Assembly (NCBI GenBank): GCA_976551045.1
Contig: CDPCPM010000021.1
Span: 8,680,001-8,744,000, forward strand
Direction of reading: 5' to 3'
DNA length: 64,000 nt
Source of the DNA: Glaucostegus cemiculus
Lineage: Eukaryota
The notes under the pieces are model-generated. The model made no database searches and was not told the origin of the DNA. It saw only the letters and a list, made by a program, of their open reading frames with translations. Shown piece after piece: positions 24,159 through 37,697 of the stretch. The translations under genes were made by a program, and so were the position numbers. The stretch's first letter is position 1, and every line of letters starts with the position of its first letter.

Positions 24159-24804
24159 CTGTTGATACAAAATGTATGTCACGCGATTATACAGTGTCTC
24201 TTTGGTAATACAACCAGAAGTGAAATCTTCATGATGCTAGAACAACACAGAATAAAAATGCAGCTTCTGATTTTCTGGTCAGTGTCTTATCCAAGACCTA
24301 CTGTTTCGGAATGCAACAGCAGTTTGCACCTTATTTATGTTAATCTTACATTCCCACACTGTTAGACAGCATGAAGGATGCTATTTGAAAGCCAGTTGTG
24401 AGCCACCAGTATATGTTTGGGTTTCAGCAGAAACTTTAAGCCTGTTAGTCCTATTGCTCATCTCAACCTGTTGTGTTCTGTGGGTATAGCTGCCTGTGCC
24501 AGCATTTACTGCCCATCTCCAATTACCTTTGAACTGAATAGCTTGCTAGGCCATTTCAGAGAACCACATAGCCTAGGTACCACTAATAGGCACCAGAAGA
24601 TAAGGCCAACCTACCTTCTTCCTTAAAGGGTAAACCCAAAGCTCAGTACCATAACCCCTTATCTGAGGCCCATTCCCAGCTGCATACAACACGAATCCAA
24701 AAGTTTAGCATTCGGCAGCTTTATTCTTTAGTATTGATTCACAGCTGTCTGTTGCTATGCTCATTTATGCTGGTTTCAGCCACTGTATTTTAGACAGAGT
24801 AATA

Positions 24805-25145
24805 GAGTCATAGAGGCACACAGCACGGAAATAGGCCCTTTGGCACACCGAGTCCGTTCCAGCTATCAACCACCCATTGACACTAATCCTGCATTAATCC
24901 AATTTTTATTCTCACCACATTCTCATCAACTCCTCCCAGATTTTGCCACTCACCTGCACACTAGAGGCAACTTTCAGCAGCCAATTAACCGACCAACCTG
25001 CACATCTTTGGGATGTGGGAGGAAACCAGAGCACCCAGAGAAGTCCCACCCAGCCACAGGGTGAACGTGAAAACTCCATACGGACAGCACCACAGGTCAG
25101 GATTGAACGCAGGTTTCTGGCGCTGTGAGATAGTGGCTACTGTGC
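24805..25145 (-). mobile_element. V-SINE (long-tail subfamily)
   Basis: Reverse-strand head, V-domain and tail. Confidence 0.8.
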
Positions 25146-26033
25146 AACTCAAGTTGTATTTCCCAACTTGTCCCCTTTGCCACTCTTATGGGAAGACACA
25201 TGTTCCTCAAAAACTGGGGGTGGAAAGGGTGATGCGAGGTATGGAACCAAGCTTTCTGAATGTCCATGCAGCTTTTACTGTGGGTTCCTCTGAATATTTT
25301 CTTTCTGTCTTTCTCCTGTCCCCAAGAAGTCTGGCTGGCAGGCTGAAGGCCTTGTGGTTAGAAGATCTGCTTCACAAGGGAACAACCTACTGGAGCAGCC
25401 AGGTCTGGTCGGAGAGATTGGGATGGTATCCTCTCTGATGAGGCCCCACTGGTGATCAGTGAGAGGCTGATGGTGATAGAGGTTGGGGGGAAAGGGACGA
25501 TGCTTGGATGTGATGCTTGGCCTATTTCCATACTGGACCAGCAGCTGCTAGTCTAGAAGCAGAGACTGTGATGGGAGATGTAGGGCAAATGGAGGTCCCA
25601 TGATAGTTCAGGGGAGTCTGATGGTAATGGCAGAGCTGGGGAGCAGTTGTGGGCTAATGTTCACCAAAGGGTGATCCATAAAAGTTGGTGGTGGTGCTGT
25701 GGGGGAGGGTGGAGGCACTTAAGTAGTGGTCAGGATGAGAGTTTGGATGGTTAGAAGATCAGATGGTAGTGAGAGAGTAGGCTTAATGTGGTTTAATATC
25801 AAAAGATATCACACAGGAGGTCCAGTGGTGGGTGGAAGGATGCTGAAGATGGTTGGGTGTAGTGGTTTATGGTAGTCAGGGACTGGGGGGAGGGGGCGTG
25901 TGAATAGACAGATTCGGTGGGGGCGGAGGGTGGAGAAGTTTACTGAACAGATTGTTAGACCTCTTCCTGCCTTACAAACAGTGCTGTAAAACCACTTCCC
26001 GCACAGTTTATTCACGTCAGGATCAGTACTTAC

Positions 26034-26140
26034 TTCCCATCCACTGCATCTGCTACCTTGACATCAATGTCCTGTTCATAGAGTGACCGGAGCATTCGGT
26101 CCCTCCTGTCTTTCCTGCGCTTGAGATTTATCATGAAGAT
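26034..26140 (-). CDS. COLGALT2: COLGALT2 coding exon 8 (start of GT25 domain)
   Basis: Acceptor ttgtgcttag|ATC and donor AA|gtaagt; 107 nt. Translates [35 protein letters not shown](K), nearly identical to recalled human COLGALT2. Confidence 0.96.
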
Positions 26141-26659
26141 CTAAGCACAAATTGACATTAAATAATCAGTAAAAATGACCTGGCAACCATTGTAAGCTAT
26201 TTTTAAAGATTCTCTCAATATACATAGGTGCTAATAAACCACCAATTTATCACTGAAGTTATTTTTTGTCTCTGACAAGCCTCTCAGGGAACATTTTGCT
26301 TCATAGTCAAGACATCATCTAATATTTGTAGTGTATATTTTTAGTTTCATTCTTTTGGAAGGGGATACTGGGTCAACACCTTATGACTAACTCCACAGTT
26401 CTCACAACATTCATGGCATGTCCATCTACTTACAGGCAAACAACTCCAAAAATTCATGTAAACCATGGCAGTTTGTTCTTAGACAGATGTCACAAAGTCA
26501 TGGCAACATTCAAAGAAGAGTGGCAGAGCTCTCCTAGTGTCCTGGCTGCTATTTTTCCATCAACTAACATCACAGTAACAAAAGATCTAGTCATTATCTC
26601 TTTGCTGTTTGTGAGACCTTGCTGTGCACAGATTTCCTATAGCAGTACAAAATAAAAGA

Positions 26660-28260
26660 GCAGGAGTAGTTCGATTGGCCCTTCTGCCATCTCAACACCC
26701 TACTTCCACTCTCTTCCCAAAGTCACTAACACGTTTTGGGATAGAAATCTCTCTACCTCCTTGTTAAACACATTTGATGACTTGGCCTTCGCAATCCTTT
26801 GCAGCAGAGAATTCCACAGGTTCGCCATCCTATGAGTGAATAAGCTTCTCCCTTAGTCCGAAATGTCTCACCTTGCATCCTGAGAATGTGACCTCTGGTT
26901 CAAAGCCCTCCTAGACAGGGGAATCATTTTCCTGATTTCAAGTCCATACATCCATGTCAGGATGTTGTACATTTCAATTAGGTTTCCTCCCATTCCCTAA
27001 ACTCTCATGACACAGACCTAGTCAATCCAATACCTCCTCAGATGACAGCTCTGCTATCCCAAGAATTAGTCTGATGAAGTTTGGTGGATGGAATTAAAGT
27101 AATTAGAAACACAGAAAACAGCAGGAGTAGGGAGTCTAGCCTTTTGAACCTGCCTTGCCATTCAACATAATCATGGCTTATCATCCAAACTCAGCAGCCT
27201 GTCCCATCATTCTCCCTGTATCCCTTATTCTCTTTATTCATCAGTACTGTATTTAATTCCTTGAATATGTTTAATGATTTGACCTCAGCTGCCTTCTGTG
27301 GCAGAGAATTCCCCAGGTTCACCACTCTTTGGGTGAAGAAATTTCTCCTCATGTCAGTCTGAAATACCCTATCCTGTATCATTGTGCTGTGACTCCCCTA
27401 GCATTGGATTCCCCCACCACTGGGAACATCATTCCTGCATCCAGTCCATTCCTATCGGAATATTATAATTTTCAATTAAGTTCCCCGTCATACTTTTAAA
27501 CTCTAATGAAAGTAAGCTTAATCTTCCCAAATCTCTCATGTCAGTCCTACCACCCCAGGAATCAGTCTGGTTGACCTTCCTTGCACTGTTTCAGTTTCAG
27601 TTATGAGGAGAGACTGAAGAGGCCAGGTCTGTTCTCCCTGGAGTGGAGGAGGTTAAGAGGGAACATGATTGAGCTATGTAAAGTTATGAGGTGTATGAAT
27701 AGGGTAGTCTGCAGGAACCTTTTCCCCCATATAGAACTAGAGGACATAGATTGAGGGTAAGGGGCAAGAAATTTAGATGGGATCTGAGGGGGACATTTTT
27801 CTCCCAGAGGGTGGTTAGTACCTGGAATACAGTGCCTGAGAGAGTGGTGGAAGCAGGCCCACTGACAGCATCCAAGAAATGTCCAGATGAGCACTTGAAT
27901 CACCTAGATATAGGAGTCTATGGGCCAAGTGCTGGAAGGTGAAATTAATAAGGAAAGGTGCCCGGGAAAGGTGCCCACTGAGTGATGCGGACATGGCGCC
28001 GAATGGGCTGTCTTCATACTGCATGATTCCACGATTCCCTCCAAGAACATCCTTCCTTAAACATCCTTCCACAGATAAGTAGACCAAAACTGGACACAAT
28101 ACTCAACCTATGGTCCCACCACGGCCTTAAACAATTGCAGTGAGTCATCCCTGATCCTATACTTAAATTCTCTTGCTATGAAGACCAATCTACTATTTAC
28201 CTTCTTATCTTCCTAATTTACCTGCATACTTACTTTTAACAACAGGTGTACAAGGATTGC
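26660..28260. mobile_element. Cluster of CR1-type LINE fragments (minus 26660-27590, plus 27600-28030, minus 28040-28260)
   Basis: RRNFFTQRVVNLGNSLPQKA (minus) and RGTFFSQRVVSTWNTVPERVVEA (plus) are CR1 ORF2 C-terminal motifs. Confidence 0.8.
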
Positions 28261-28261
28261 C

Positions 28262-28620
28262 AGGGCAACAAAGTGGCTCAAGGACAATGAGTAGAGCTGC
28301 TGCTCAAGGCACCAGTGACCCGGGTGCTACCCTGGCCTTGCGTGCTGTATGTGTGCAGTTTGCATATTCTCCCTTTGACCACACAGGCTTCCTCTGTGCG
28401 CTCCGGTTTCCTCCCACATCCCAAAGGTGAGTGGGTTGGTAAGTTAATCGGTCACTGTAGATTGCCGTGAAGGTGTAGGTGAGTGAAAGAGTCCGAGGGG
28501 AATTGATGGAAATATGGGAAGGTTAAAAATAGGATTAATGTGAGATTGGTGTAAATGGGGGCTTGATGATCGACATGGACTTGGTGGGCTGAAGAGCCAG
28601 TTTCCATGCTGCGACTCTCT
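28262..28620 (+). mobile_element. V-SINE (long-tail subfamily)
   Basis: Head, V-domain ctccggtttcctcccacatccc and CR1-like tail. Confidence 0.8.
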
Positions 28621-28854
28621 CTGAACCTACGACATTCCAGGTCTTGTTGCATCTTCCCTTTTCCTAATCTGTCACTGCTTAAGATAAGAAGTCAGTTGAA
28701 ATGCTTTCACTCAGATGGTGGTGGGGATCTAGAATATACAAGCTCAGAGAGTGATGGAGGGAGATACCCACACTAGCTTTTAAAAAAAAACTTGGATGTG
28801 CACTTGAAGAGTGGTCTTAGGACCAAGAGCTGGGTAGCTGAATATAGAGAATCA

Positions 28855-29085
28855 CATTTTATTCTCCCCAGATTCTACCACTCACCTGCTCCTTAGGGAC
28901 AATTTACTGTGGCCGATTAACCTAAAGACCCACATGCCCTTGGGATGTGGGAGAAAAGCAGAGAACCCAAAGGAAATCCACACAGAAGAACGTGCAAACT
29001 GTACACAGACTGTGCTGGGGGTCAGGATTGTAACTGGGTCTCTGGAGCTGTGGGGCATCAGCCCTACCGGCTGCACCACTGTGTG
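28855..29085 (-). mobile_element. V-SINE (long-tail subfamily)
   Basis: Reverse-strand copy facing the 28262 copy. Confidence 0.75.
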
Positions 29086-30642
29086 TTTTACATTGTGGAG
29101 GTGGGGAGGGATGGAAAGAACAGAGGGAACGTCTGTGATAGGGTGGAGACCAAGGTTGCCCAGGTAACATAATTGTATTAGGTGCCATCTCATTTATAAA
29201 TGAATGTGGGCAAATACAGAGAAAAGAAACATATTGGAATTCTGAGATGCAGAATGCAGGAGATGCTGGAGACCTGCCCTGCTGAATGTTTTCGGCATTC
29301 TCTGTTTTTGTTTCAGATTTCCAGCCGCTGCAGTTTTTTTCATAAACTGCTAGCTGCAGTGCCTCAGTGTGATAGGATGTAGGTTTCTCACTCTCTCCAG
29401 ATAGCTTCCCATCCATCTCATTGATGGAAGGTGTCAACCAAAGGCCACAGTGGAAGAACAGGTCAGAGGAAGGGTTGCCCTGGAAGGCATCGTAAATCCC
29501 CATCTGCTCCCTGTGGTGAGGGAGAGGTCAGTATTCAGGGCAGAATAAAGAAGTATAATGAGACTGATGTGTTTTCCATTTCATTTACATTTTTATTTTT
29601 ATTTTTTGCTTGTTCTTTGGGACATTTCCCATCTATCATTCATATCATATCATTTATATTTATATTAGAGGTAATTAAGTATTTCATAAATAGAGCATGC
29701 ATGAAACTTTTAACTATAAATGAGGTGCTGGACTGTCAGACATTCTGATTTTCTGGAAAGAATAACATAAGCAGGCCAGAAAACAAAAAAATAGTCTGCA
29801 GCCAATGCATTTACAGTGGAGTCAGGGGCTGAATCCGAATCAATCTGATTTAATTGCTGTTAAGCAAACAACTCAACCTGCAACCAATTATTAATCAGCT
29901 CATTAAACATCATTGGAGTGAATTTGATCAAAAAATCTATCAAAATAATCACAATTTTAGCCCTGTGCACGATCCTTTGTTATTTGTATAATAATCCAGG
30001 GTATTTCTAAAGGAGATTTGAATTTAAAAAAACAACTGAAGAGGAAGCTGGACAAGAAAATAGGATGAGATGGAACTCCTTAAAGAGAGGTTCAGAGAAT
30101 TATTCTTAGATTCATTTTCTGTTATTCTAGCCTTTTCTAATTAAATAGCTAGACTTTATCCAGTAATTCCTTCTCCTGACCCATGATTTCTAAATTAAAT
30201 CAACGATAGTCTATCTTTATTACCTAGGAATGGATATTAAAATACCCATTAATGCTCCAACATCAATATGTTCAGTGATGAACATCCCTTCTCAGAAGAA
30301 AAAGCTTAAGAAATGAAAATAATGTAAATCATTCCACATGTCAGTTCTGTCTTTTATGCCATCATATCTACATCAGCAGTTTATTCAATGCAATAGGCAG
30401 TAAAAACTCAGGTTCCATTATATCCTGGAAGATTATTATTCATATGGAATGATGAGTTTACTAATTTAGTTTGGAACAGAAGGCTCTGAATATTGAATTT
30501 GGTTAGAGCACAAATGTTATGGATTATATTCTACAAGACAATTAATTAAAAGAACAGGTTTCATGCTGCTGCTTTCTGTGGTCTTTCACACATCAGAGCT
30601 TGTTTCTACCCAGGAGATCAACAGTAACTGTCTATCTCTCAC

Positions 30643-30719
30643 CTCATCAAATCCCATCTTGTCTGGGTGCCTGGGAGGCATGGAGACATGCACGGAAGGC
30701 TCCATGGGTGGATGATCAA
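30643..30719 (-). CDS. COLGALT2: COLGALT2 coding exon 7
   Basis: Acceptor ttgttttgcag|TT and donor GAG|gtgaga; 77 nt. Translates (I)DHPPMEPSVHVSMPPRHPDKMGFDE. Confidence 0.94.
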
Positions 30720-33604
30720 CTGCAAAACAATGATATAGATAAGTTACTTTGGTTTGTATCCCATTCATATTACCAAGCAATTCAGAATATTCCTTATAAA
30801 TAATTGGAAAATCTTTATGGCTTAATTGAAGCAGAATACAACAGAGGGGAATGGAATTGCTCTGACAGCTGACATAGACTCGATGGGCCAAAAGGTCCCT
30901 TTACCGTTGTAAGGAAATGTGGAACAATATGGAAAGTTCATGAAAAATGCATTGGGCTGCATTCAACAGCAGAGCACTGTGTATTAGACAGCAGATGAGT
31001 GATCTATCAAAGCATTATCAGCCGATGGGATGCTGTTATGTCAGAATATGTAATACGTATATTGTTTATCTTAGTTGAAAGCTTTCCCCAGAATTTTGCT
31101 TATAGGTAACAGTGATGGTTAGATGGGCACTGAGGAATGAAATCATATGACTTGATCAGATTTTTCACCTTATGTTGATGCAATTGTGAGTTAATTCCCT
31201 GCAAAGCTGATTTAATATATGATCTGGATATAATAGGCAGATCACACCACAGCATTCATTTGAATTTAGGTCATGCTGTGGACACACTTCATTGATTCAG
31301 AAACATGATATGAGCCAAGATGCAATCACTGTCTTTTCATCTTATGTCACTCCAGTGTACACAATATGTTATTAAGGGGAGGTTTTGTTCATTATTTCCA
31401 GCTGTTGTAACTTAAGACAGCAGCTGATAATGAATATTGTGTTGACAGCACATGACATGTTCACACTCACAAAGGTTACTTAGGCTGATAAAAAAAACTA
31501 AGGATATTAAGCAATGTGAGGTGTCAATGTGTTTGTAAAACATAAGAGATTATCTGGCCATCAGCACAATACTGTCTGTGGGAGCTTGCTATGCATAAAT
31601 CGGTTGACTTTTTCCAAGTTTCTAACAATGATCACACTTAGAAAAATATATGATCATTCAAAAGCTTGTTTATGCCCAAAATAAATGGTCAAAAAATCCA
31701 GTGGTAAACATTGCATTATTTAACTTGCTTGCTCCATCTAAAACTGAAGGGGAAGTTCATATCTCACTGTAGCCTCAACGTTGCTGCATATCTACACCAC
31801 TGAAATCTATAAGTAAGAGGTGGTTTACACCTGGAAATTCATCAGTGCCTGGCTACGTGACTTATCAACAACTGTTTTGATTGTATTTTTGCCACTTAAA
31901 AAATCAGCACTACCTGAATCCCAACACATTGGCCACTATTGAATTGGCCTTATCCAAGGTTTAAGGCCTTTCCTTTGTTCGCTGCTCTAACTACAGATCA
32001 CTCAAAGGGTAGGTGAGGGGGTGGTGCCAGGCCTTGGGGTGGAAATAGAGGAGCTGGGCAGGGTTAGTTGCATGAGAGAGGCTGGGGTTGGGGGAGAGAT
32101 CAGCGATTGGAAAGGTGGGGATCTTGGTAAGACTCAGTGGTTGTGGGGGTCTAAGATCACCGAGGATGGGGAAGAACAAATCAGGGATCAATCAGAAAAT
32201 TCGCTGAAGGTTGGTGAGTCGTGCAGAGGATGGCAAGTGGGGGGGGGGGGGGGGGTTGGGGCAGGATCAGTGTTTGGGAGTTGGTTTAAATAATTGGGTT
32301 CTTTTGCTCAAGAGATCAATGAGTCAGGGCGTCAGTCAAGGGTTGTGAGACTGGGATGGCAAGGATGGGGAGGGGAGTCAGGGCTGGCTGGGCGAGGGAA
32401 GAGAGATGCTGGCAGTGAGTGGCCTGAAGAAAGCAGGTATGTCAATAAATTAAGGAGAACCAACCTGCCTGAATCAGGATCCCTGGATCCCTGAGTCCAG
32501 AACAAGCAGCACTATTAAAACCAGTCTGGGCTGAAAGTCTCCACAAAATAGTCATTGTAAATCCCCCTGGTGAATGGCAGAATCTGGGGGCACCAATGGG
32601 ATTGTGGGGAGAATAGGTTATAGGGAAAAATCAGTGGGGGAATAGGATTGTTCTGTGAGTCAGTTTAGGCTCAATGTTGTAAGGTAATATAAAATGAAAT
32701 ATGAAATAGGCACATTTTATACTAATTTTTCACCATTGTGGAAAGGACAACTTTGGCACAAGTGCAGCCGGAATTGTCTGGTCTAATTTCTAATTCCCAT
32801 CCAGACGCGATTCAACTGGGAAACTATCATAGTGGAGCTCCACTTTGAAAAAAATCAATTTTCAAGCACACAGTACCTAAAAAATACACGATTGAATCTC
32901 GCTACATTCATTTCATTGGCTGCCTTAAAATGACAGCCTCAAGCAAAGACGTGATTAATTGATGCTTTACTGTTGTGTATCCACTCTTCCTTGCTTTGTA
33001 AGCATTTTCTGGTGATACATCATAAATGCCCATGGTGATTAGGATGGCATGAACTCCTTGCAAACTTATGAGGCAATTCTCTTCATATAATGTGGCCGAG
33101 AACAGTAATGAAAAAAGCTGACCTTAAATTTAGGACAATTTGTTGAAATGTTTATTATAGCTTATCCTGCAATTCCGTTTTAGTTCCGAGAAAGAGAAAG
33201 AACAAAATAGAAATAAAGAGATGGAAATTCTCGAAACAAAGTGAATTAGCACCATCCCTTCCACATAGTTACACAACTGCCATCTATATTCTTAATGCAA
33301 ATTTGCTGAATTTAAATTATTTGATTATTCCAGTTCAGGGTAGACCACAACTAGGAGCCAAAAATACATGACACTCACTAATAATTTCAGTATGGGATCT
33401 GGGAGAAATTTCTTTATCAAATCAATGGTTAGAATGTGGCTCTTGCTACGATAAGGAGTAGACGTAAATGTAGAAGTTTAAATGCCTTTAAATAGATCTT
33501 GAATAAATGCAGGATAAGAATTGGACATGTATATTGGGAAGAAATGAATAGGAAGAAATACAGATGGGATTAGATAATGAAGAGGAGGATGCATATGTGG
33601 AACA

Positions 33605-33920
33605 CAAGGTCAAAGTCGAGTTTACTGTCATATGCACAAGTACATGTATGCACAGGTGCTATGAAAAACTTACTTGCAGCAGCATCACGCACATAGCATC
33701 GTATAAGCAGCATTCACAAGGAAAACATAAACATAAATTATAGACAATTTTTACAAGAAAGAACACAATTAGAACAAAAAAATGTTCATTTTCATGCAAA
33801 GTGGTCATAGTATTGCTAAGCTGTAGTGATCAGGGTTTTGCCGGTTGGTTCATGAACCGAAAGGTTGAAGGGAAGTAGCTGTTCTTGAACCTGGTGGTGT
33901 GGGACTTCAGACTTCTGTAT
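33605..33920 (-). mobile_element. LINE 3' end (Rex1-like)
   Basis: Homologous to 53070-53320 plus 53620-53750; includes 'gaagggaagtagctgttcttgaacctgg'. Confidence 0.75.
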
Positions 33921-33954
33921 TCAAGTCAGTTCATTAAATTCTCAGTAAATGAAT

Positions 33955-34330
33955 ATCAAAAACTGCAGATGCTAGAAATCTGAAATAAAGACAGGAAATG
34001 CTAGAAGTACTCAGTAGGTCAGATAGTATCTGTGGAAAGAAAAATAATTAATGTTACATATCCAGAACCTGAGATAGCACAGAAGATGGGGGAGCGTGAT
34101 GGGTGGAACAAAGCGAATTTCTCTGATAGGGTGAAATAATGGGGCAGTTAAGATTAAACTTCTTTGTGTTAGTATTTTGTACAGTCTGTGTAATGTTGAG
34201 TAGCCTGACGATACAAAAACAGAAAACAAAAGGATGGCAGGCAAAATGGACATGAAGTGTTAACTGTTTCTCATTCCATAAATGCTGCCTGACCTGCTGA
34301 GTATTTCCAGCATTTTCTACCTTCATTTCA
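33955..34330. mobile_element. Penelope-derived element with inverted termini
   Basis: Left 'ctgcagatgctagaaatctg...gaaatgctagaagtactcagtaggtcagatagtatc' is inversely complementary to right 'aatgctgcctgacctgctgagtatttccagcatttt'. Confidence 0.7.
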
Positions 34331-35109
34331 TTAAATTCTCACCTTGTTTAATTCATGGGTTAGTCTTTTATTGCAAAGAAAATGACTTGAAATGATGAAA
34401 ATTCAATAGCGCTGGGACTCTTTATCTGTTTGAGTTGATTTTCTACAGTCTTCCCATGTCAATTTGAGAGTGCACATTTTAAAATGAAAACTCTGCAAAC
34501 TGCAGCATTTAAAAGTCCGCTCTGATGTTTGGTCAGGGCAAGCTTCAAATGTTCCAGGGAGCTAAGTTAAGTCATGCCTTGTATAAGCAAGTATTTTTAT
34601 TTTCACAAGAATTACATGATATGTTCAATGCCAGCATGGCCTTCATTCCACATAAACATTCCCAGTTCCCCTCAAGTATATGGATGAGTATAAAATAAAT
34701 AAGCAGACTTAGTACATGGGTTCCCAGGGGTGTTGACAGGATATCCCAAAAGAGGATCTAGAACTGAGGTAGTCACTGTTTAGAAATAAGGGATCATCCA
34801 TTTAAGATGAAAATGAGACAAAGTTCTTCCTTGCAGAGGCTTGTCAGTCATGGAACTCTCTTCTCAAAAGGCGGTGGAAGCAGAGTCCTTAAGGCAGAGA
34901 GTGGTAGATTTATCATAAGCAGGGGATAAAGAGTTAATGTGGGTAGACAGGAACATGGAGCTGAGGTTACAATCAGATCAAACGTGACCTTATTAACTGG
35001 TGCAGCAGGTTGCATGAACTGACCTACTCCTGCTCCTAATTTGTTTGTTCATGTATATTCAACTTGTTATACAAACGAATCTTACGATACTTTATTTGCA
35101 ATCATTGTC

Positions 35110-35835
35110 CATATTGGAGGTGCAAAGGGACTTGGAATTCCTAGATCCAGATTCCCTTTAAGGTTAACTTGCAGGTCGAGTCAGTAGTAATGAAGGCAAA
35201 TGCAATGTTAGCATTCATTTTGAGAGGACTAGAATAGGATGCACTGTTGAGGCTTTATAAGGCATTAGTCAGACTACATTTGGATTATTGTGAGCAATGT
35301 TGAGACCCCTATCTAAGGAAAGATATACTGGCCCTGGAAAGTGTCCAGAGGAGATTCACAAGAATGATAGAATGATTCTGGGATTGAAAGGCTTAACATA
35401 TGAGGAGTATTTGATGGCTCTGGGCCTGTACTTGATGGACTTCAGAAGCTGAGGGGCAATCTCATTGAAACCTCTTGAATACTGAAAGACCTGGATGGAG
35501 TGGACGTGGAGGGGATGTTTCCATTAGTAGCAGAGTCTAGGATCCGAGGGCACAGACTCATAATAAAGGGATGTCCCTTTAAAACTGAGTTGAGAAGAAA
35601 TTTCTTCAGCCAGAGGGTGGTGAAACTGTGGAATTCATTGCCACAGATGGCAGTGAAGGCCAAGTCATTGGGTGCATTTCAGGCAGAGATTGGTAGGTTC
35701 TTGATTGGTAAGGGGATTAAGGGATACGGGCAGAAGGTGGGACAATGGGGCTGACAAAATAATCAGCCACGATTGAATGGTGGAGCAGAGTTGATGGGCT
35801 GAATGACCTAATATTGCTCCTGTTTCTTCTGGTCT
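35110..35835 (+). mobile_element. CR1-type LINE RT C-terminus and 3' end
   Basis: MDVEGMFPLVAESRIRGHRLIIKGCPFKTELRRNFFSQRVVKLWNSLPQ. Another CR1 fragment lies at about 34735-35045. Confidence 0.9.
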
Positions 35836-37577
35836 CATAGTCTTATATGTTTTGTAAGCCCACCACCACATCCAGCCAGCCATAAAAGCCATTTTAAGCT
35901 TGAAGATGTTTCAGCCAGTCAAGTGCCAAACAGCTGATCAAAACCCAGTGTCACAACCCACAATGGCCACTTTGGACAAGGCGTCACAGGGAAACCCAGG
36001 GAACTCCACCGAGAGCAACTCTTCCTGAACAAGTTGCCAGTGGCTTTAATGTCAGAGCAGAGCAATGAGAGCTGCTGTGAAGAGAGTACAAAAGGCACCT
36101 GAATCCAGCCTGGAGAAAATGTGCTGCAAAAGCATGTTCACAAATGCATGTTTATCACTGTAAATGCTGCCACCTCTTAATTGGCAACAACTGCTAAGTT
36201 GTGCTGAAAGGTAGAAGTGAAAGCACAAATTCTCTGGCTGCATTACGAGTTTACTGCATTTTGAGTTATTTATCTCCTTCCTCCAAATCAGGGTTAAAAA
36301 GAACATTTACTCTCCACCTTCATCCATTTTCAGCCCTGAACAAATTCCTTCACAAATCTCAAACAGCCAGATTTAAAGCAGAGCATTGCAGGTTCCTCAA
36401 TAAAATTTGGAATTGATAAGCCACAATACTATACCCAGTAAATCAATGAGGAATGTGTTAATGAGCCACTCAGTTCAAGGAGGGTTTAGGTTTTCAATCT
36501 CAGCTACTGTGAGCACGGCTCTGACAACTAGACTCAGCGGCCCAAGCTCATGAAGTCTGCTATGTACAGTGATCCATGAGTAAAAGCAGTCAAGCACGAG
36601 CAACTAATTGAGGGCAGGTTCAAGAGTAGCATCAGCAGCCCCTGCGGCGGAAAAGTCAGAGGGCCACCACTTCAAGGGTTCGCCTGTCCTATGAACCCTG
36701 ATGTTGTCCCGAGATGCAAATGGAAACCACATCAGATGATTGATATATTTGGCTGTGTGGAACAATGATCACAGATCAGGATAATCTTCCTTGATAGACT
36801 GACACAGAAGTAAATAGTGGGCAAATTCCTTTCATTTTTTTTCTCTTTAATCTGCGGCCCATATATGTCAAGAGCACTGCTCACTTTCTATTTCTCTCAT
36901 TACCCTGAGGGATTGGATAAACCTCCAGCTGTTTCGCTCACAGCTGCTTTCCCATCAGTCCAGGGTTGTATGGACACGATTCTCTCGGGTGATTGCTGGC
37001 AGGTGAGTAGACCCCTCCGTAATTACTTTACACCCTCAGCCTAAACACCTGGGTAATTCAAACCATTTATGGCCTTTTTAGTCAGATTAAAACAAGTTTA
37101 AGAAACCCAGTGGTATTGCGACTTGAACACCCATAATTGTTGGTTTGCTTCACTCTCTGTAACAATCATATCTGTTCCCAAATTCCTGCTGCTCTAAAGC
37201 TCTGTGTTGTTGAGCCCAAGGAGAATCTGCTCCCTATACCTCTGACATGTCTGCCACTGATTGATGGCTCCTTTAAATAGCACAGGTGCAGACCTGGTAT
37301 ATCCTGCTTGGTCCTGCTCTCCCATGCACGGTCTGTGCTGGGTGTTAATTGCTCATATGCTAATCAATTTCACAGGCATCAGCTGGAGGACATATGAAAA
37401 TTGACCCCACCTGCACACACTGCATACAAATGCATGTTACCCACAAAAACAGTATGATCGCTATGCATTGTAAAGTTCCAGCTTCATCTAACGATCAACC
37501 TTATGCTACAATTTGGCGCATAAAGTACGATTGAATTTTCTGGCCGTGTCTTGTTTGGCGCTTCTTGGTAAACTCAC

Positions 37578-37697
37578 TCATTCTCTCAAGCAGAATGTGG
37601 ACAAAGCTTTCGACATCTTCTTCTAGGGATTGCTGGGCCTTCAGGGGCACTGGCAAATAGCCATAGAGTTCCCTGTTGCATATGTGCATCTGGATGC
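37578..37697 (-). CDS. COLGALT2: COLGALT2 coding exon 6
   Basis: Acceptor cttcttgttttag|GC and donor A|gtgagt; 120 nt. Translates (G)IQMHICNRELYGYLPVPLKAQQSLEEDVESFVHILLERM(I). Overlaps the ORF-track entry 37501..37689. Confidence 0.95.

Noticed and set aside
28922-29503. 193-aa minus-strand ORF
   Set aside because: It runs through SINE and Penelope relics and has no protein-like features, so it is treated as a chance ORF.
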